From Octopus vulgaris (lineage: Eukaryota): a DNA stretch of 64,000 bases. Under the pieces are notes generated by a model that was given only the letters and a program-made list of their open reading frames with translations, was not told the DNA's origin and ran no database searches. The stretch covers positions 178,994,001 through 179,058,000 of the forward strand of contig OX597816.1 of NCBI GenBank assembly GCA_951406725.2, read 5' to 3'. The translations under genes were made by a program, and so were the position numbers. How positions within the stretch are numbered: position 1 is the stretch's first letter; each line of letters opens with the position of its first letter. Positions 10,924 through 25,400 of the stretch are shown here, piece by piece.

Positions 10924-13401
10924 AAGAATTGTATTATGTTCTTACTTTATGTACTGTTGGAATGTTTTGAATAACCTGAGGAATTATTTCCTTACTATAC
11001 AATGGATTGTATGTGTAATCATAATTTATCAATCATTCAATGGAACTGTTAACTTTCAACCATTCTCTTCAGAGCACTACCTATAATAGACCATGAAATT
11101 AAGTGGCTTCTGTTCTTCCCTTTGAGGTCCCAGATGAACTTGGCTATTGAAATGCAGTTTTCTTTTGTATTTAAAAGAACGAATGTGGTTATGTAATTTT
11201 GGTCTTGAATTTTGAAGCTGTGGTGTCTATGTAATAATGGACACTCTCTGGGGTTTTGACCAAGTACTTATATATTATATTCTTCTGGAGACATTGGTTA
11301 TCCAGGAGACATTTTTGTGGTTTACAATTACACATTCCATTAGTTCATCATCATCGTTTAATGTCCGTTTTCCATGTTAGCATGAGTTGGATGGTTTGAC
11401 TGAGGTTTGGAGAGCCAGTGGCTGCATCAGGCTCCAACCTGATTTGGCAATGTTTCTACAGCTGGATGCCCTTCCTAACGCTAACCACTCCGAGAGTGTA
11501 GTGGGTGCTTTTTACGTGCCACCAGCATGAGGGCCAGTCATACAGGGCTGGCATTGATCACGTTTGGATAGTGCTTTTTATGTGCCACTGACATGAGAGC
11601 CAGTCAGGCAGCCCTGGCATCAATCATGTTTGGATACTGCTTTTTACGTGCCACTGGCACGGGAGCCAGTCAGTGGGTACTGGTATTGGCGAGCTGGCAG
11701 AATCGTTAGCACGCCGGGCGAAATGCGCAGCCGTATTTTGTCTGCCGTTATGTTCTGAGTTCAAATTCTGCCGAGGTCGACTTTGCCTTTCATCCTTTCG
11801 GGGGTCGATAAATTAAGTACCAGTTATGCACTGGGGTCGATATAATCGACTTAATCCGTTTGTCTGTCCTTGTTTGTCCTCTCTGTGTTTAGCCCCTTGT
11901 GGGCAGTAAAGAAATAGGTATTGGCCACGTTTGGATGGTGCTTTTTATGTACCACCAACACTGGAGCCAGTCAGGTGGACCTGGCACTGACCACATTCAG
12001 ATGGTGCTTTTTACGTCATGTAATAATAAAAGGCCTTATTTTATTAGTTTTATTGTAATTATATGTAAGCACACTTACATACATAAAGATGCATTTGTTT
12101 ATGTGTTTTAGTTTGGGCAGGTAGAGCTTAGTATGGTGAGGTGGTAACCCATCAAGGGTAAGGAAAACCTGGATTCCATACTCAGCCATGGGAAAAGCTT
12201 CAGGAGTAAACCCTGAGGGAAAATCATGAATTGGAGCCTGTGAGGCAGTTTGACATTGTCTGCAGCCTCATTCTGGTAACTCTTGTGATGATGGTATCAA
12301 GTAGTAATGGCAAAGCTGTTTTTTTGGCTCTATCAGTGATGTAGGGAAGGGGGACAGCTTTCCTCCATACCATACTGCCTAGACTTTGGTCCTATCAAAT
12401 GCCTTTTACTGGAGAGAACATTACAACTCAAAACAGCATCGGGACAGCTCACAAGTGCTGCTCGAGTGGCAGAGACTGTCATCTGCTCATTGGACTGTTC
12501 CAGTGGGACAGACAACTTGGGCCTTCATCCATGGTCATTACTTACAGATGGGGGTCTTACCATGTATTTTAGTTAGAACATCCATTCTCATCACATGACC
12601 ATACCAGCGCAAACGTCTCTCTTGCACACCACAACTGATGCTTCTTAGGTCCAACTTTTCTCTCAAGGTACTTACACTCTGTCGAGTATGAACACTGACA
12701 TTACACGTCCATCGGAGCATACTGGCTTCATTTTGAGCAGATATTTTGAGCATCTCTGCAGTAATTCCTGATGGGCCTGGGGCTTTCCCTGTCTTCATGC
12801 TTCTAATTGCCCTAACTACCAAGGAACTGTCAACTCGGATAGCTGGTCCCTCTGTTGGGTCGACATTCGGCAGACTCTCTTTATCCCATTAATTCACTTT
12901 ATTCAGCACCTTTCATAGTGTATCATATGTGTATCAATGTATTTGAATATCATTGTTGTATATTGTATGTATTTACTTTGTTTTTTCATTTTTTGTAGGT
13001 TGTTGGTATGGGCATGAAATGGGAGGGTGGTGACATGGACATGGGTGTGGGTGGTGGACATAAGATAAATCTTTTGAAGGATGAATTGAAACAGTATTCT
13101 GACAGAAAAGACTTAATTATCATGTTTACTGACAGGTAAGTAATCACTTTGATTTTTAATTAACTTTTCTCTTTTCTCCCTCACCTCATATTTTTACTGT
13201 ATCCTTCCCCTTTATATTGTCTCTCTTCATGCAGGCTTAGATAATTGTATGTCTATGCAGATATTTGTGCGTACGCAATTTAAAGGAAAATCAAATCCAT
13301 AATGGAGTGAAAACATCATCATCTTTATACTCATCATTGCATTTATGATGATGATGATGATGGTAACAGTCATTAGTACAGTTGTGATGATGATGATGAT
13401 G

Positions 13402-13433
<32 letters not shown>

Positions 13434-16400
13434 GGTAGTAATGGTAATGATCGATATAATGAAAGTAATGATTATCATAATATTGATGATTATCAGTATT
13501 TTTGTGAATTAGAATTGAGTTTTCAACCTTTCAGATCTTTTGAAAGTCGTAATTCAGAATATATTCCACACATGTTGTGTTGAGGATGTTATTACTTGTT
13601 AGAAGTAAAAATGGTATTTTGCTCTAAGAAAAAAAAAAGGGGGGAAAAAAATTAAAATTAGTAAATTCTTTCATTAAAATGTTGCAGATTACTAAATTTC
13701 CATAACAGTATCATTCAGTTCAATCAGGTTGGCATAGTGATAGCATACATTTAGCCTCCCAAATAGAATGTATAGTTCACAGTTGAAAACACCATGATTG
13801 ATGTGATGCATACAATTTGGCTAAAAGCTAAACCAAACCATCAAAAAATCATTTGAACAACTAAAATAACAATTTATTCTTGTATGAAACTAGTCAGAGA
13901 TAAGAATGAAAAAATAAGAAAACAAAAAAACATTAATAAAAAGAAAATTGCAAATTATTTGAATTTATCAAGTCTTAAAAGTTAAAAAAAATAATTTTTT
14001 TTTTAATATTGTAGCTATGATGTTGTCTTTACAAATGGCTCGGAAGATATTTTGAGTAAATATAAGAAACTAGGATCTCGTGTTGTATTTGCTGCTGAAG
14101 GGTTCTGCTGGCCTGATCACACACTTGCTGTAAGAAGAATTTTTTTTCGTTTTTAACAATCCTTGGTATATTTAGAAAATAATACTTTGTAGAAAAATTG
14201 TGTCTTAGTCTACTTCTCTCTCATTCTTTAGAAATATTTTAGATAAACTCTTCTTTTTTGCATTTAATAGCTGATTATTTTGACAACTTCATTGATAAAT
14301 TTGTAGAAAATGGTGAGGGTTTTCATACCTAAACCCTTTCAAAGCTCTTATCACAAATTGGTCGTGTTGATGTATAAACTGAGCTTCTGTTACTTAATGA
14401 AATGAAAAATGTAGGTAAGGAGGGAGTTCCTGAGGATTTCTACTCTTGTGAGAAAATATTGGATGAAATTTTTCGTGGGATTTATAAGATAACTAGCAGT
14501 ATCGCCCGGCTTTGCTCGGGTTTGTAAGGGAAATAACTATAAAGCATTTTTAGAGAGTTATAGCCAAAAAATGGAAAAAAAAATGATGGTAAATTTTTTT
14601 TTTAGTTAAAAAGGTCGAGTTGCGTCCCCTAGACAGTCTGTGGTTTGTGTTTCTGATTCTCGACCCCATGTCGAATTTATCGATCTTTTTCAGAACTGGG
14701 GGAACTTTTCAAAATTTTCGCTGCATTAGTTTTGAATTATGACATTGGGCTATGAGTGTGTCAAGTTTCATCAGAATCGGTTGAAAGCCGTGGTCAGGGT
14801 GAGGGTACAACCTAACAGACACACAGAAACACACACAGACAAACTGCCGTTTATATATAGAGAGATAAAGATGGCAAAAAGAAGCAAGATGTATCTTATA
14901 TAGTTTCTGTTCAAATGTGAACTGGAAATGTTCAAGTAGTGGTACAATTGACATAAGGAGAATACAGAACTGCTGCTGGATGGTGATTGTAATATGTTGG
15001 TGAGGAAAAGGTGGTCTCTGAAGTTGTGAGTGAAGCAGCTGCCTTGTATCTTTGTGTGGGAAGTAATCTTTAGGTTGCAGAAAACAGTTTTTGTCACTTA
15101 ATAGGATCTTTTGAAGCACAGGTTTGGATTCTTCTGCCATCTTCAGTTCTATCTACAGGGCATATTGATATTTGTTGACATAAATGTTAATTTCAAATTT
15201 TGGCATGAGGCCAGCAATTTTTAGGTACAGTGGGGGTAGGTTAATTACATTGACCCCCCAAAAGGATGAAAAGTACTTATTTTATTGACCCCAAAAGGAT
15301 GAAAGGCAAAGTTGAACAAGGCAGTGTTTAACCCTTTAGAATTTAAACCAGCTATATCAAGCTCAAATATTCTGCCTTTTTTATGTTCAAACAAGCTAGA
15401 TCCAACATCTCACACCTACCCTGCAATGTCATTCTAAAAATAATCACACCATTGAAATCTTGAAGCCAGAAGATAATGCATGATTTCTTCATGTGAATAA
15501 ATAAGCATTACATATGACAGAATAATCTGAATGCTAAAGGGTTAAATTCAGGACATAATGTTAACATAAATATTGCATATATATTTGGTGAGCCTTTAGT
15601 TTCTTTTGTTACCTTTCATCCTCATCCTTCACAACAGGACCCTTATCCATTTATCAATGTAGATGTAGTGAGTCTATGATTCCCCTCAATATTTTATTTT
15701 TGCTAAAATTCTGATTAATTGACAAGTGTATAGTGTATATTTATTTGTTGAGTCCAGGTTTCCTTTTTATATATCCTGATATTAATGATGTTGCTTCACA
15801 TCTGTTTCCAGGAAGGAACTAATATTCTTTATGGGTTAATGAGAATTATTGATTAGAAATGTTAGATATCATTTTATACCACGGTGGTTAATTCATTCTA
15901 TAAGTGTTGCACGATTGCTTTGGATTTTGCTGATTCTCTTATTTCTTATTCAAATTGTTGATCCCTTTTAACCTGATCAGCCATTATTCATTTTATTTCA
16001 TCTTTTGCTAATCTGCTCTTGATCTTCCTGACCCTAGTAAATTGACAATATGATCTTGTTAACTATGACCTTGTTAACCATGCTATTACTTTGCTCTCTA
16101 AATGAGACCTTATTCCTCTTTCAGAAACAATATCCTGCTGTTTCTGGAGTTGAGAAGCGCTTCTTAAATTCTGGAGGTAAGTTAAAACATATTTTTGATG
16201 ATGGTTGTCAATTGGTGTATACCGGTCACTTATTATTTATGTTGTTAGGAGATTTCATTAATAATTGTCAACAATATCAAAGTTGATGTGAATGTGATGT
16301 TAGTAATTTTTGTTGAGACAGTGGGTTCTTGTGTTTTCTATTTTGTGGCAGTTAACTCAGCTGTTGGTTGTGTGTTACTGGTCAGTTTTTCATTATGTGA

Positions 16401-19400
16401 AAGCTGGTCAATATGTGATACTTGGTCAGTTATTGATAGTTCTACAGTTCATGAAGGGGAGTTTGTTTAGCTGATAGTACAACTGTTGGTCATTGATTAG
16501 TGATTGTATTACAGGTCAGTCATTTGTAGAATGTATCCGTGTTTAGCTATTGCTGATACTAATCTAAATAGTCATTAGTTAACTGTGTTATACATTTGAA
16601 GGAATATGGCTCAGTGGTTAGAGCATTGGGCTCACAATCATGAGGTCATGGGTTTGATTCCTGGACCAGGCTTTGTGTTGTGTTCTTGAGCAAGACACTT
16701 TATTTCACGTTGCTCCACTTCACTCAGCTGCAAAAATGAGTTGCGACATCACTGGTGCCAAGCTGTATTGGCCCCTTTGCCATTCCCTTGGATAACATAG
16801 GTGGTGTGGAGAGGGGAGGCTGGTATGCATGGGTGACTGCTGGTCTTCCATAAACAATCTTGCCCGGACTTGTGCCTAAGAAGGGAACTTTCTTGGTGCA
16901 ATCCCATGGCCATTCATGATAGAAGGGGTCTTTACCTTTTACGTTTGAACTAGGATGTAGATCTAAGTGGTATTTGTCAACTGACCATTGACACAGACGA
17001 GTGGAAAGGAATGAATTAAGAAAGCTAACCAAGATTCATGTGAATAAGGAGTGTGGTTTATTAGTCTTAAATATTAGATAAAGTAACAGAAAACACATCT
17101 GTTAGGATAACATTGAGAACTATTGCTCATGAGTTACATATTGATTCAAATCATAATTAGGAATGAATGTAAACCCGGATTAAGAATATTTAAACAAGGT
17201 TGTAACTTTAAATACATTTATTGTGGCCACATGTATATACACATCAGAATGATAAATGGAAGTAGTTGGACATTTATTCATATATCTAAATGCATCTGTG
17301 CAGGTTGTATGTTAGCTGTTAACCCTGGTGAGAAGCTCACGAACTGCAATTTCTTAGAACTAGTGCAGTGTATTTGTGCTGTGTAGAGATGTTGACAACG
17401 TTGGTGAGAGACATGATGGTGGCGATGAAGATGGAGGTCACTGTAATGTGGTCAGTGGTTAGACCTTAGAAGGTCTGGAGACTAGAAGGAGGTGAGTTTT
17501 TATAGCTAATGGTAGGCTCAAATGCTGTTTTGAACAGACTGTCTCATGTGACTTATTTGAAGGTTGCGATTGGTTGGGTTGTATATTGGTGCATGATAGT
17601 AAAAGACAAATTACGCCAACACCAACCAATCAGAGTGGTAGACACAACTGGGTCCAGAACAGTGCCTGAGGGTTAGCTGTTATCTGCTATGTTCGTATGT
17701 ATTTATATGTAATAGAGAGAGGAAGTTTACTTGAGTTTGCTACAAATATATGAAACCAGATTAACAGAGGACTACATCTGCTTGAAAAACTTAAATAGTG
17801 GACAATAGTGTTGTAAAAGCACAATGGTTTAGGGTTTGGTATCAAATGCAGTACAGTGATTGATGTCATTTAGGAAAAAGGTGTGGAAATTATAAAATAT
17901 ATACTGATATATTTATGTACTAAAGTAAAACACTAGTCCAATGAAACTTTCAGTTTTATTTGCCATCTCCTGACTTATTTCTTCTGAAACTTTAGATTTA
18001 TCTTTTCTTTACAACCCACAACTCCGAACGACCTATAGTGAAAAGCATTCTGACTATGATCATTCCAATTTATTTTCAGATACAGTACATCTGTCACTAT
18101 ATTATTCAATATTTCTTTCCTTTAAGATGATAGTGTAGGGTAAAGTTTGAAGGACATGTAGCTGATATATTTGAACAGGCCAACAGACCATGTAGTGGTG
18201 CCCATGTTTTTATGAGCATGCAAAGTTATTCCATATCATGAAGCCTATTAACTAACAATATATTAATATATTGACTAATAAGTAAAGTAAGTTCATAAAG
18301 TTGTATGAGGGTCCTTTCTCAAAGAATGAAGGGCCTAATTTATTCTACTTATTTGACTACACAGGTCACTCTGAGTTTCCTTGAATTTTATTGTTCTGTT
18401 GTTGATGAGTTAAACTTGACAACTTGAGATTCTCAAGGATTTTATGTGTTGGGCTTTTACACAAGTCACACAACAACAGTCTAGTTGAAAATACAAGTTA
18501 CTTTCTGCACATGTGTAAACATCACTTGCACATGCAAACACACACACACACATACCACACTTACATGCACACACACCACATACACATGATGTGGTTGTGT
18601 ATATATAGAGATTCTATTCCAATAAAAACAAAATCCCTGATTTCAAAAACTACTGGCAACGTGAATTTAGTTGTCCTGGATGCTGTAGTGTATGAAATAA
18701 AAGAAACGTAACTTTTGGCAAAAAATAAATAAATGAATGGCCATCCTAAAATATTACACTATATGTTGTAACATTATTTTCTTTATAATTATATTCATTT
18801 TCGTATGCAAACACTACAGCATGAAAATAAATTCAAAATATATTTCATTTTATAAATTTTATAATTTATTATTTCAAAATTAGAATAAGGTGTTTTAAAA
18901 AATTAGCATGGTTTTCTATGGCATAACTGTGTGATAAGAAGTTTACTTCCGAACCACATGGTTCTAGGTTCGGTCCCACTGTGTTGCCCCTGGGGCAAGT
19001 GTCTTCTACTATATCCCCAGGCTTGACCAAAGCCTTGTGAGTGGATTTAGTAGATGGAAACTGACAGAAGTCTGTCATATATAAATGCGTGTGTGTGTTG
19101 TCTTTGTGTTTGTACCCCACCATTGTTTGACAACCAGTGTTGGTGTGTTTTCATTCCTGTAACTTAGCGGTTTGGCAAAAGATACCAATAGAATATGTAC
19201 CAGGTTTTTAAAAAAGAAATGAGTGCTGGGGTCAATTCATCTGACTAAAATTTCTTCAAGACAGTGCTCCAGCATGGCTGCAATTTAATGAGAAAAACAA
19301 GTAAAAGGTATAAAAGATGTCTCTCAATGAATTTGATATCAACCAGCAAGTTCTTTTTCAACCAACAAAATGCATATATAAAAATCCAGTCAGCATTCTT

Positions 19401-22400
19401 GTAACAAGATTTGAAGCCTATTTTAACATCTGTTTTTTTTTTTTTTGACATGTTAGCATGTTGAGGATGTTGGTGGGGGCAATTATCTTTGCAGCTGGAT
19501 GCCTTTTCTATCAGTCACTCAACCATGAATTAGAAATGGAATCTGTTTTGTCACTCAGTCAAGCATATACTTGTGGGCAGCAGTAACTTATGATCTCATG
19601 ATTGTATTCTCAGTTGTTCATCACTTCTCCACTTCACAACCATTGTACTCATCAAAGTGTTTGTGAAGAAAATAAAGGTGGTGGGTGGGTGGGGGTGACC
19701 TTATTTTTTTGTGTTTTTTTTTTATATCACTACCATGTAACTGGAGACTAGGAGTTTTGGATTTTCTTGTATTACTTTTCTACAATAGATTAACCCCATT
19801 GAAGCCTTTAGTTTAACTCCAATTAGGTCATGTTAGCAATAAAAATGAGTTTTATTTTTATTTTTACCTAGATATAGACACTAGATTGCAAGTGAGGTGT
19901 AACAATCGTCTCAAACAACATCTGAAACTAATAAAATTAACTTTACTTGTTTTTGTGTCTATTGAAGGTTTTATGGGTGTTGCCAAGGACGTCTATGAGA
20001 TTGTCACCTTTAAACCTATTGGAAATAAAGAAGATGATCAACTTTACTATACCAAAATATTCCTCAACAAAGAACTGCGTGTAAGTATACTCATATATCA
20101 TCATTGTTTTAACCTTTTAGCATTCAAATTACTCAATCACTTAGTGGTTCGGCAAAAGAAACCGATAGAATAAGTACTGGGCTTACAAAAAGAATAAGTC
20201 CCAGGGTCGAGTTACTCGATTAAAGGTGGTGCTCCAGCATGGCCACAGTCAAATGACAAGTAAAAGAGTGATCAAATGCTATGTTTATTTATTCACATTA
20301 TTTTGAATTAATCAGACAATATCTCATAGCTTTGAGATTTCAGTGTTGTAAATTTTTAGTATGACTTAAGTAAGAGGGTTCTGAAAAAGGTTACACGGAG
20401 TAGCGTCTCTGCCTTCCTGAGCTAGTTTTCCACCACATTTCTTAAAAATCATGGTAGAGGCCTTGGTCTCGGGATCCCTCATGTCTAGAGACTGAGATTG
20501 GAGGTAAGCAAGGGCATGCTCCCCATAGAAAATCCAGCTACAAAAAAGCCTCATGAGAATGGGCACAAGCCAGTCCAAAGGTTGGGTGGGCTGCATCTGC
20601 CTACCTGGAAAAAGAAAGGTGCAAACCCTCATCCTGGGATGTGCAAGCATGACTTGGATTATGATGACCGATGGCCTGAGGAAAAGCTTAGAGTGAGGTT
20701 GGGGATTTGGAATGTGGGCAGTCTGTGTGGAAGGGGAATTGAGGAAGAGCAGGGTGGATGTGTGCTGTGTGCAGGAGGTTAGGTGGAGGGGCCAGGGTGC
20801 AAGATTTGTGGGGGTCAAGGGAAGAAGGTACAAGTTGTGGTGGTCAGGAAATAACAGGGGGACTGTAAATGTGGGAGTTTTCATGAAGGAAGAAATCAGT
20901 GAGAAAGGTGGTGGAGGTCAGGAGAAAGAGTGAGAGACTGATGACAGTAGTGTTAGCATTTGAGGAAGATGTGGTGAGGGTGATCTGTGGGTCTGCAAAG
21001 TGGAAGAGGGATCGCTGAGAAATTTGATGAAATGGCAAATGAGTAGGACTTACAAAAGGTTTTGGGCATGGGTGATTTTAATGGACATGTTGGGAAATGG
21101 ATCCAGGGCTTTGAGGGTGTGCATGGGGGAAATGGAATTGGTGAGAGAAATTTGGATGGAAGGATGCTGTTGGAGTTTTCTGATGAGAAAGAGTTGTGTA
21201 TGGTGAATACATAGTTTAGGAAAAGAGAGAAAAGGGAGGTGACTTTCAGTGCAGGAGGGAATGAGAGAGAGATTGATTCCATGTTGGTTGGCATGAAAAA
21301 CAGAAAGTATCTGAGAGATGTGAAGACAATACCAGGGGAGTCGCAGCACAGGTTGGTGGTTGCTGACTTGGATAAGAGGTAAGTTAAAAAGTGTGTAAGA
21401 AAGGGAACGGTGGAGAGTGAAGGAAGAAGAAACAAGAGCAAGGTTTGAGGAGAGAGTTGGGGAGTTGGTAAGCATTGATTCACCAGATTTGTGGAAGTCT
21501 TTTAAAGAAGGGGTGCTAAAGGCATGTGATGAAGTGTGTGGAAGGACGGAGGGTAGGAGAGGCCGAGGAGGAGATGCATGGTGGTGGAATGAGATAGTTA
21601 TTCTGTTCATATATTGTATTGTAATATTTATATGCACTGTAATTGCTTATGATACAGTTTCTTTTATTTTATTCTTCTTATAGACACGATGGGACATTAA
21701 ATTGGATACAAAATCAACGATATTCCAAAACTTAAATGGAGCGCTTGGTAAATTTTGTTGCTGCTCTGTTCAGTTCTTTTTTTGTTGTTTTGTATTTCAG
21801 GCATTTTCTGTTTTAAAACCCTGTTTATTTAAAAATAAAATGTAATTATTATATCTATAGCCATTTTGTGCATGTATAAACATATGTAATCTTGTCACAT
21901 AGTGTTATATTAGCAGTAGAACCTAGACTTGTCTGGGTTTATGGGTTCATTAACCCCTAAATAAATACAGTCACATAAATTCACTATATTTGGGACAAAT
22001 TGCTTTAAGAAGATACTGTTTTCAGTTTGTCTGAGAATGTTGATTCCCTCAGAATTGTTGCACCCAGGCCATCAAGAAGAGGGTACAATTTGAGATTCTT
22101 AGAAATGTACAGAAAAATAAACATATCTTTTTGAACCTAAGTACATGTAGCCTGAAAAAATAACAAAGTATAGATAGGATAGCATAGTTCTCAGGAAAAT
22201 TTAGTTACTTAATAATTTTGAACAAACAGACATAAGTTTGGACTCCTAGAAGAGATCCTTTGTACCTAAAGATTTTATATTTTCTATAACCCAGGCTTCT
22301 TTGCTCTTTCTTATTTATGCTGTGGGATTTTTCATTGCCATTGAGTTCTCTGTTGAGGTAGTTTTCATTCTTTGTATACCATCTCATAAGGATTTTTTCT

Positions 22401-25400
22401 TATGTACAGTGGCCTTTTTCTCTAGGACAAATTTGTAACATATAGCTTACATTAAGGATGTGAGTTATTTGAGTTTCATGTTGATGTCATGTGTGGAGAG
22501 ACATTGAGGCCAATTCTGTTTCATGATTTTTTTCTCAATTGCTTTCCAATCTGCTTTATGGAAGTTCAGATTGGATTGATTTTAGGTGCTACTCACAGGC
22601 TGCATGTATGTGGATTCCTTTGGTCCATACATAGTCATCTTTTGTGATCCCAAACTAACATCGATGTTAATTTCACATTGTGGATGAGATCCACATTGTT
22701 TGTGAAGCATAAACTGAGTATATTGTTTGCCCTGATTGTTTGGAGTACAACTTCCTCCATATATAATATGTTGGTGAGGTTTAGCAGGGATTTCACCTGT
22801 GTTTGTTTGCACCTGAGAAGGAAAAGCCCTCAGGCCGTCTTACATTGGGCAGGTTACAGCACTAAGGCTGGTTGTTAAAGAAGCTGCTCAACAACTCAAT
22901 GGGGACATGATATATCTCAACTTTGCAAAAGCCTTTTGATAAAGTCAACCTTGATATGATGTCCCAAGCTGTGTGACTGTCATTGTTGGAAAACTTGGAG
23001 AGTAGCTACATGACTTTCTAAAAGATAAAATTAAGTTAGTTGTAGCCAATGGGGCCACCTCTGAAAAATATGAATAATGAGTGGTGTCCCACATGGGTCA
23101 CTGCTATTCACAATGGCCTTCTCAGACTTGCCCTTAACTGCTCAGATAGCCACCCTTGCTAGCTCTGCAGATGATACAAAAGTTTCTCATAGGATACAGA
23201 GCCCTGGAGATGCTGTGTACCTGCAACGGGAGTTGGACACATTATACAGCTGGGCTAAGGATTATAACATGCAGTTTAATGCTGGAAAATTCCAAGTCTT
23301 GTGTTACCAGTGCAACACAAAGCTGAATGAAATACTGTCAGGATACACTGGCCCAGGAGGGATTGCAATCCCTGAATCAAAATCAGTGTGCAACCTGGTC
23401 ATTGACACAAGCAATGATGCATCTTTCCAGGTGCACATTACTGAGTTGGCAATAAAATGGTGGCTGGCCAGACTTTTCAGAATAAGAGAACAGGAAACCA
23501 TGACAGTCCTCAAGGAGACATATGTTCTCAGCTGCTTAAATTACTGTTCTCAACTATGGTCAGCACACAGTGTAAAATTAATGGCAGAACTTGAAGCTAT
23601 CTAGCAAGGCTAAACAAAGTAGATCATCTCACTGCTACATGTCAGGTATTGGCAAAGGCTGCAAAAGTCAACTCTCTAGAATGAAAGTGGTAAAGAAATG
23701 CAGGGATATGCATCTGGAAAATCTCGGAAAAACTTGTACCAAGCTTTGGCATTGAAAGTTAAATAGTAGAACAAGGTACCACTCTATGGTGCCAAAGATA
23801 TCAGCATCAAGATACAGGACAAGATCTGCAACAACCTGGGTTTCAAGGGCCCACAACTCAATATCTTCCCGAAAGCTTGATAGAATTGCATGGAGTGGAT
23901 GGAGGTGTCTTCAAAAGTGAACTGGTCCTTGTCCTGTTAAGAGTTCTGGATGAATCCACCTCATGGTAGGAAATAGAAATGAGAGCAGCAACATCAGATT
24001 TCCTCATTCATGAAATGACACATATCAGAGAAAGTGTAGTGAAGCAAATGGCAGTGCTCCAAGCTGAAACTAATTAAAGAGTTAAAGAGCACCCAAATAC
24101 ACAACTTTAAAATCAAAGTTTAATTCTTTTACTTGTTTCAGTCATTTGACTGTAGCCATGCTGGAGTACCGCCTTAATTTTTGCATTTAAAATATTTTTC
24201 TGGGAAAGCATATTCTTTTCAAAATACTGTGCTAATTTAATTTGAGTTATTATTCTTAATTAATTTTTTAATCAGTAACTTTTATCAATGTTTGTGACAG
24301 TGTTTTGGGTGATACAATATTCTTAATTTTTGTAAGAATATAAAAAAAAAATCAGATAGCCTATGATTTCTCCTTGAAAAATTGCAAAACTGTGAGCTAT
24401 AACATACATTTTAACATATATCTTATGTCAAATTAATAGTGTTACAAAAGAAAGCTAAGCCACAATAAGAATAACCATCTTCATTATTTTAACATCCACT
24501 TTTCCATACTTAGGTGGGTCAGATGGAATTTGTTGAGGCACAGTTTCTATGGCTGGATGCTCTTCCTGTTTCCAGCTAAGATTATATTTCTCCATAGCTA
24601 GTCATCTTTCTATGGAAGATGGGAAATGAAAGACGCTGCTTGTAGGGTGGAGGACATCCACTCATTTATGACTATGGCATGATGTTAATAAAAGGAGACA
24701 CTAAGACACACTCACACATATATACACATCTATGTACATACATGTGTGTGTGTGTGTCACTGTCTTCTTGCTTAACTTCATATGCATGTGGTGTCCTTCA
24801 TTTCCAAACTTCCATGTACACATGTCTGGTCATGAGAAAATATTACTTTACTTGGAAACATGAAGGCTGATGGCAAGAAAGGCCTCTGGCCACAGAAAAT
24901 CCCCCACAGCAAATCTCATCCAACACATGAAAGTGTGGTGGATGTTAAAAAAATTATGATATATATATGATAAGCTTCCTTCAGTTTCCATTTATTAAAT
25001 CTACTTGCAAGGCTTTGGGTAGCCCTGGGCTATAGTAGCAGACACCCAAAGTGACACACAGTGAGATTGAGCCTGAAACAATTTGGTTGGGAAGTAAACT
25101 CTCAGCCACGGAGTCACGCCTGCAACTTGCTTAGAAATGCAGGCTATAGCACTATGAAAGAGAACAGTAAATTTTAAAAGTGCCCAACAACAAACCCTAC
25201 TCCACTGGCCCCCAACAAGGGCTGCCATCAAACCTGAATGTTTTCTGGTGAGCTGTAGCACTCAACTGGAGAACTTATAGTTCAATGTCAATTAACCTGC
25301 TCATATAAATGTATTTTAAATGGCTGTCCTAACTGTAATATGATTCAATTGTTCCTTATTCACTCATATAAAGCATGTCACATCTTCTTCTGATTGCAAT

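Noticed and set aside
11500-12017. CRISPR-like repeat-spacer array (ggtgctttttacgtgccac repeats)
   Set aside because: The 'spacers' are homologous to each other; it is a retroelement subrepeat in eukaryotic DNA with no cas genes.
15640-15900. Penelope RT remnant on - strand (SFLETDV..RIYKKET)
   Set aside because: Similarity too short and degraded to call by eye.
16605-16670. tRNA gene (A/B boxes TGGCTCAGTGG..GGTTTGATTCC)
   Set aside because: No closed acceptor stem, and it runs into a repeated SINE body; the same applies to heads at 11688 and 47606.
20366-21637. 172-195 aa minus-strand ORFs
   Set aside because: Antisense shadows of the purine-rich RTE endonuclease fragment.
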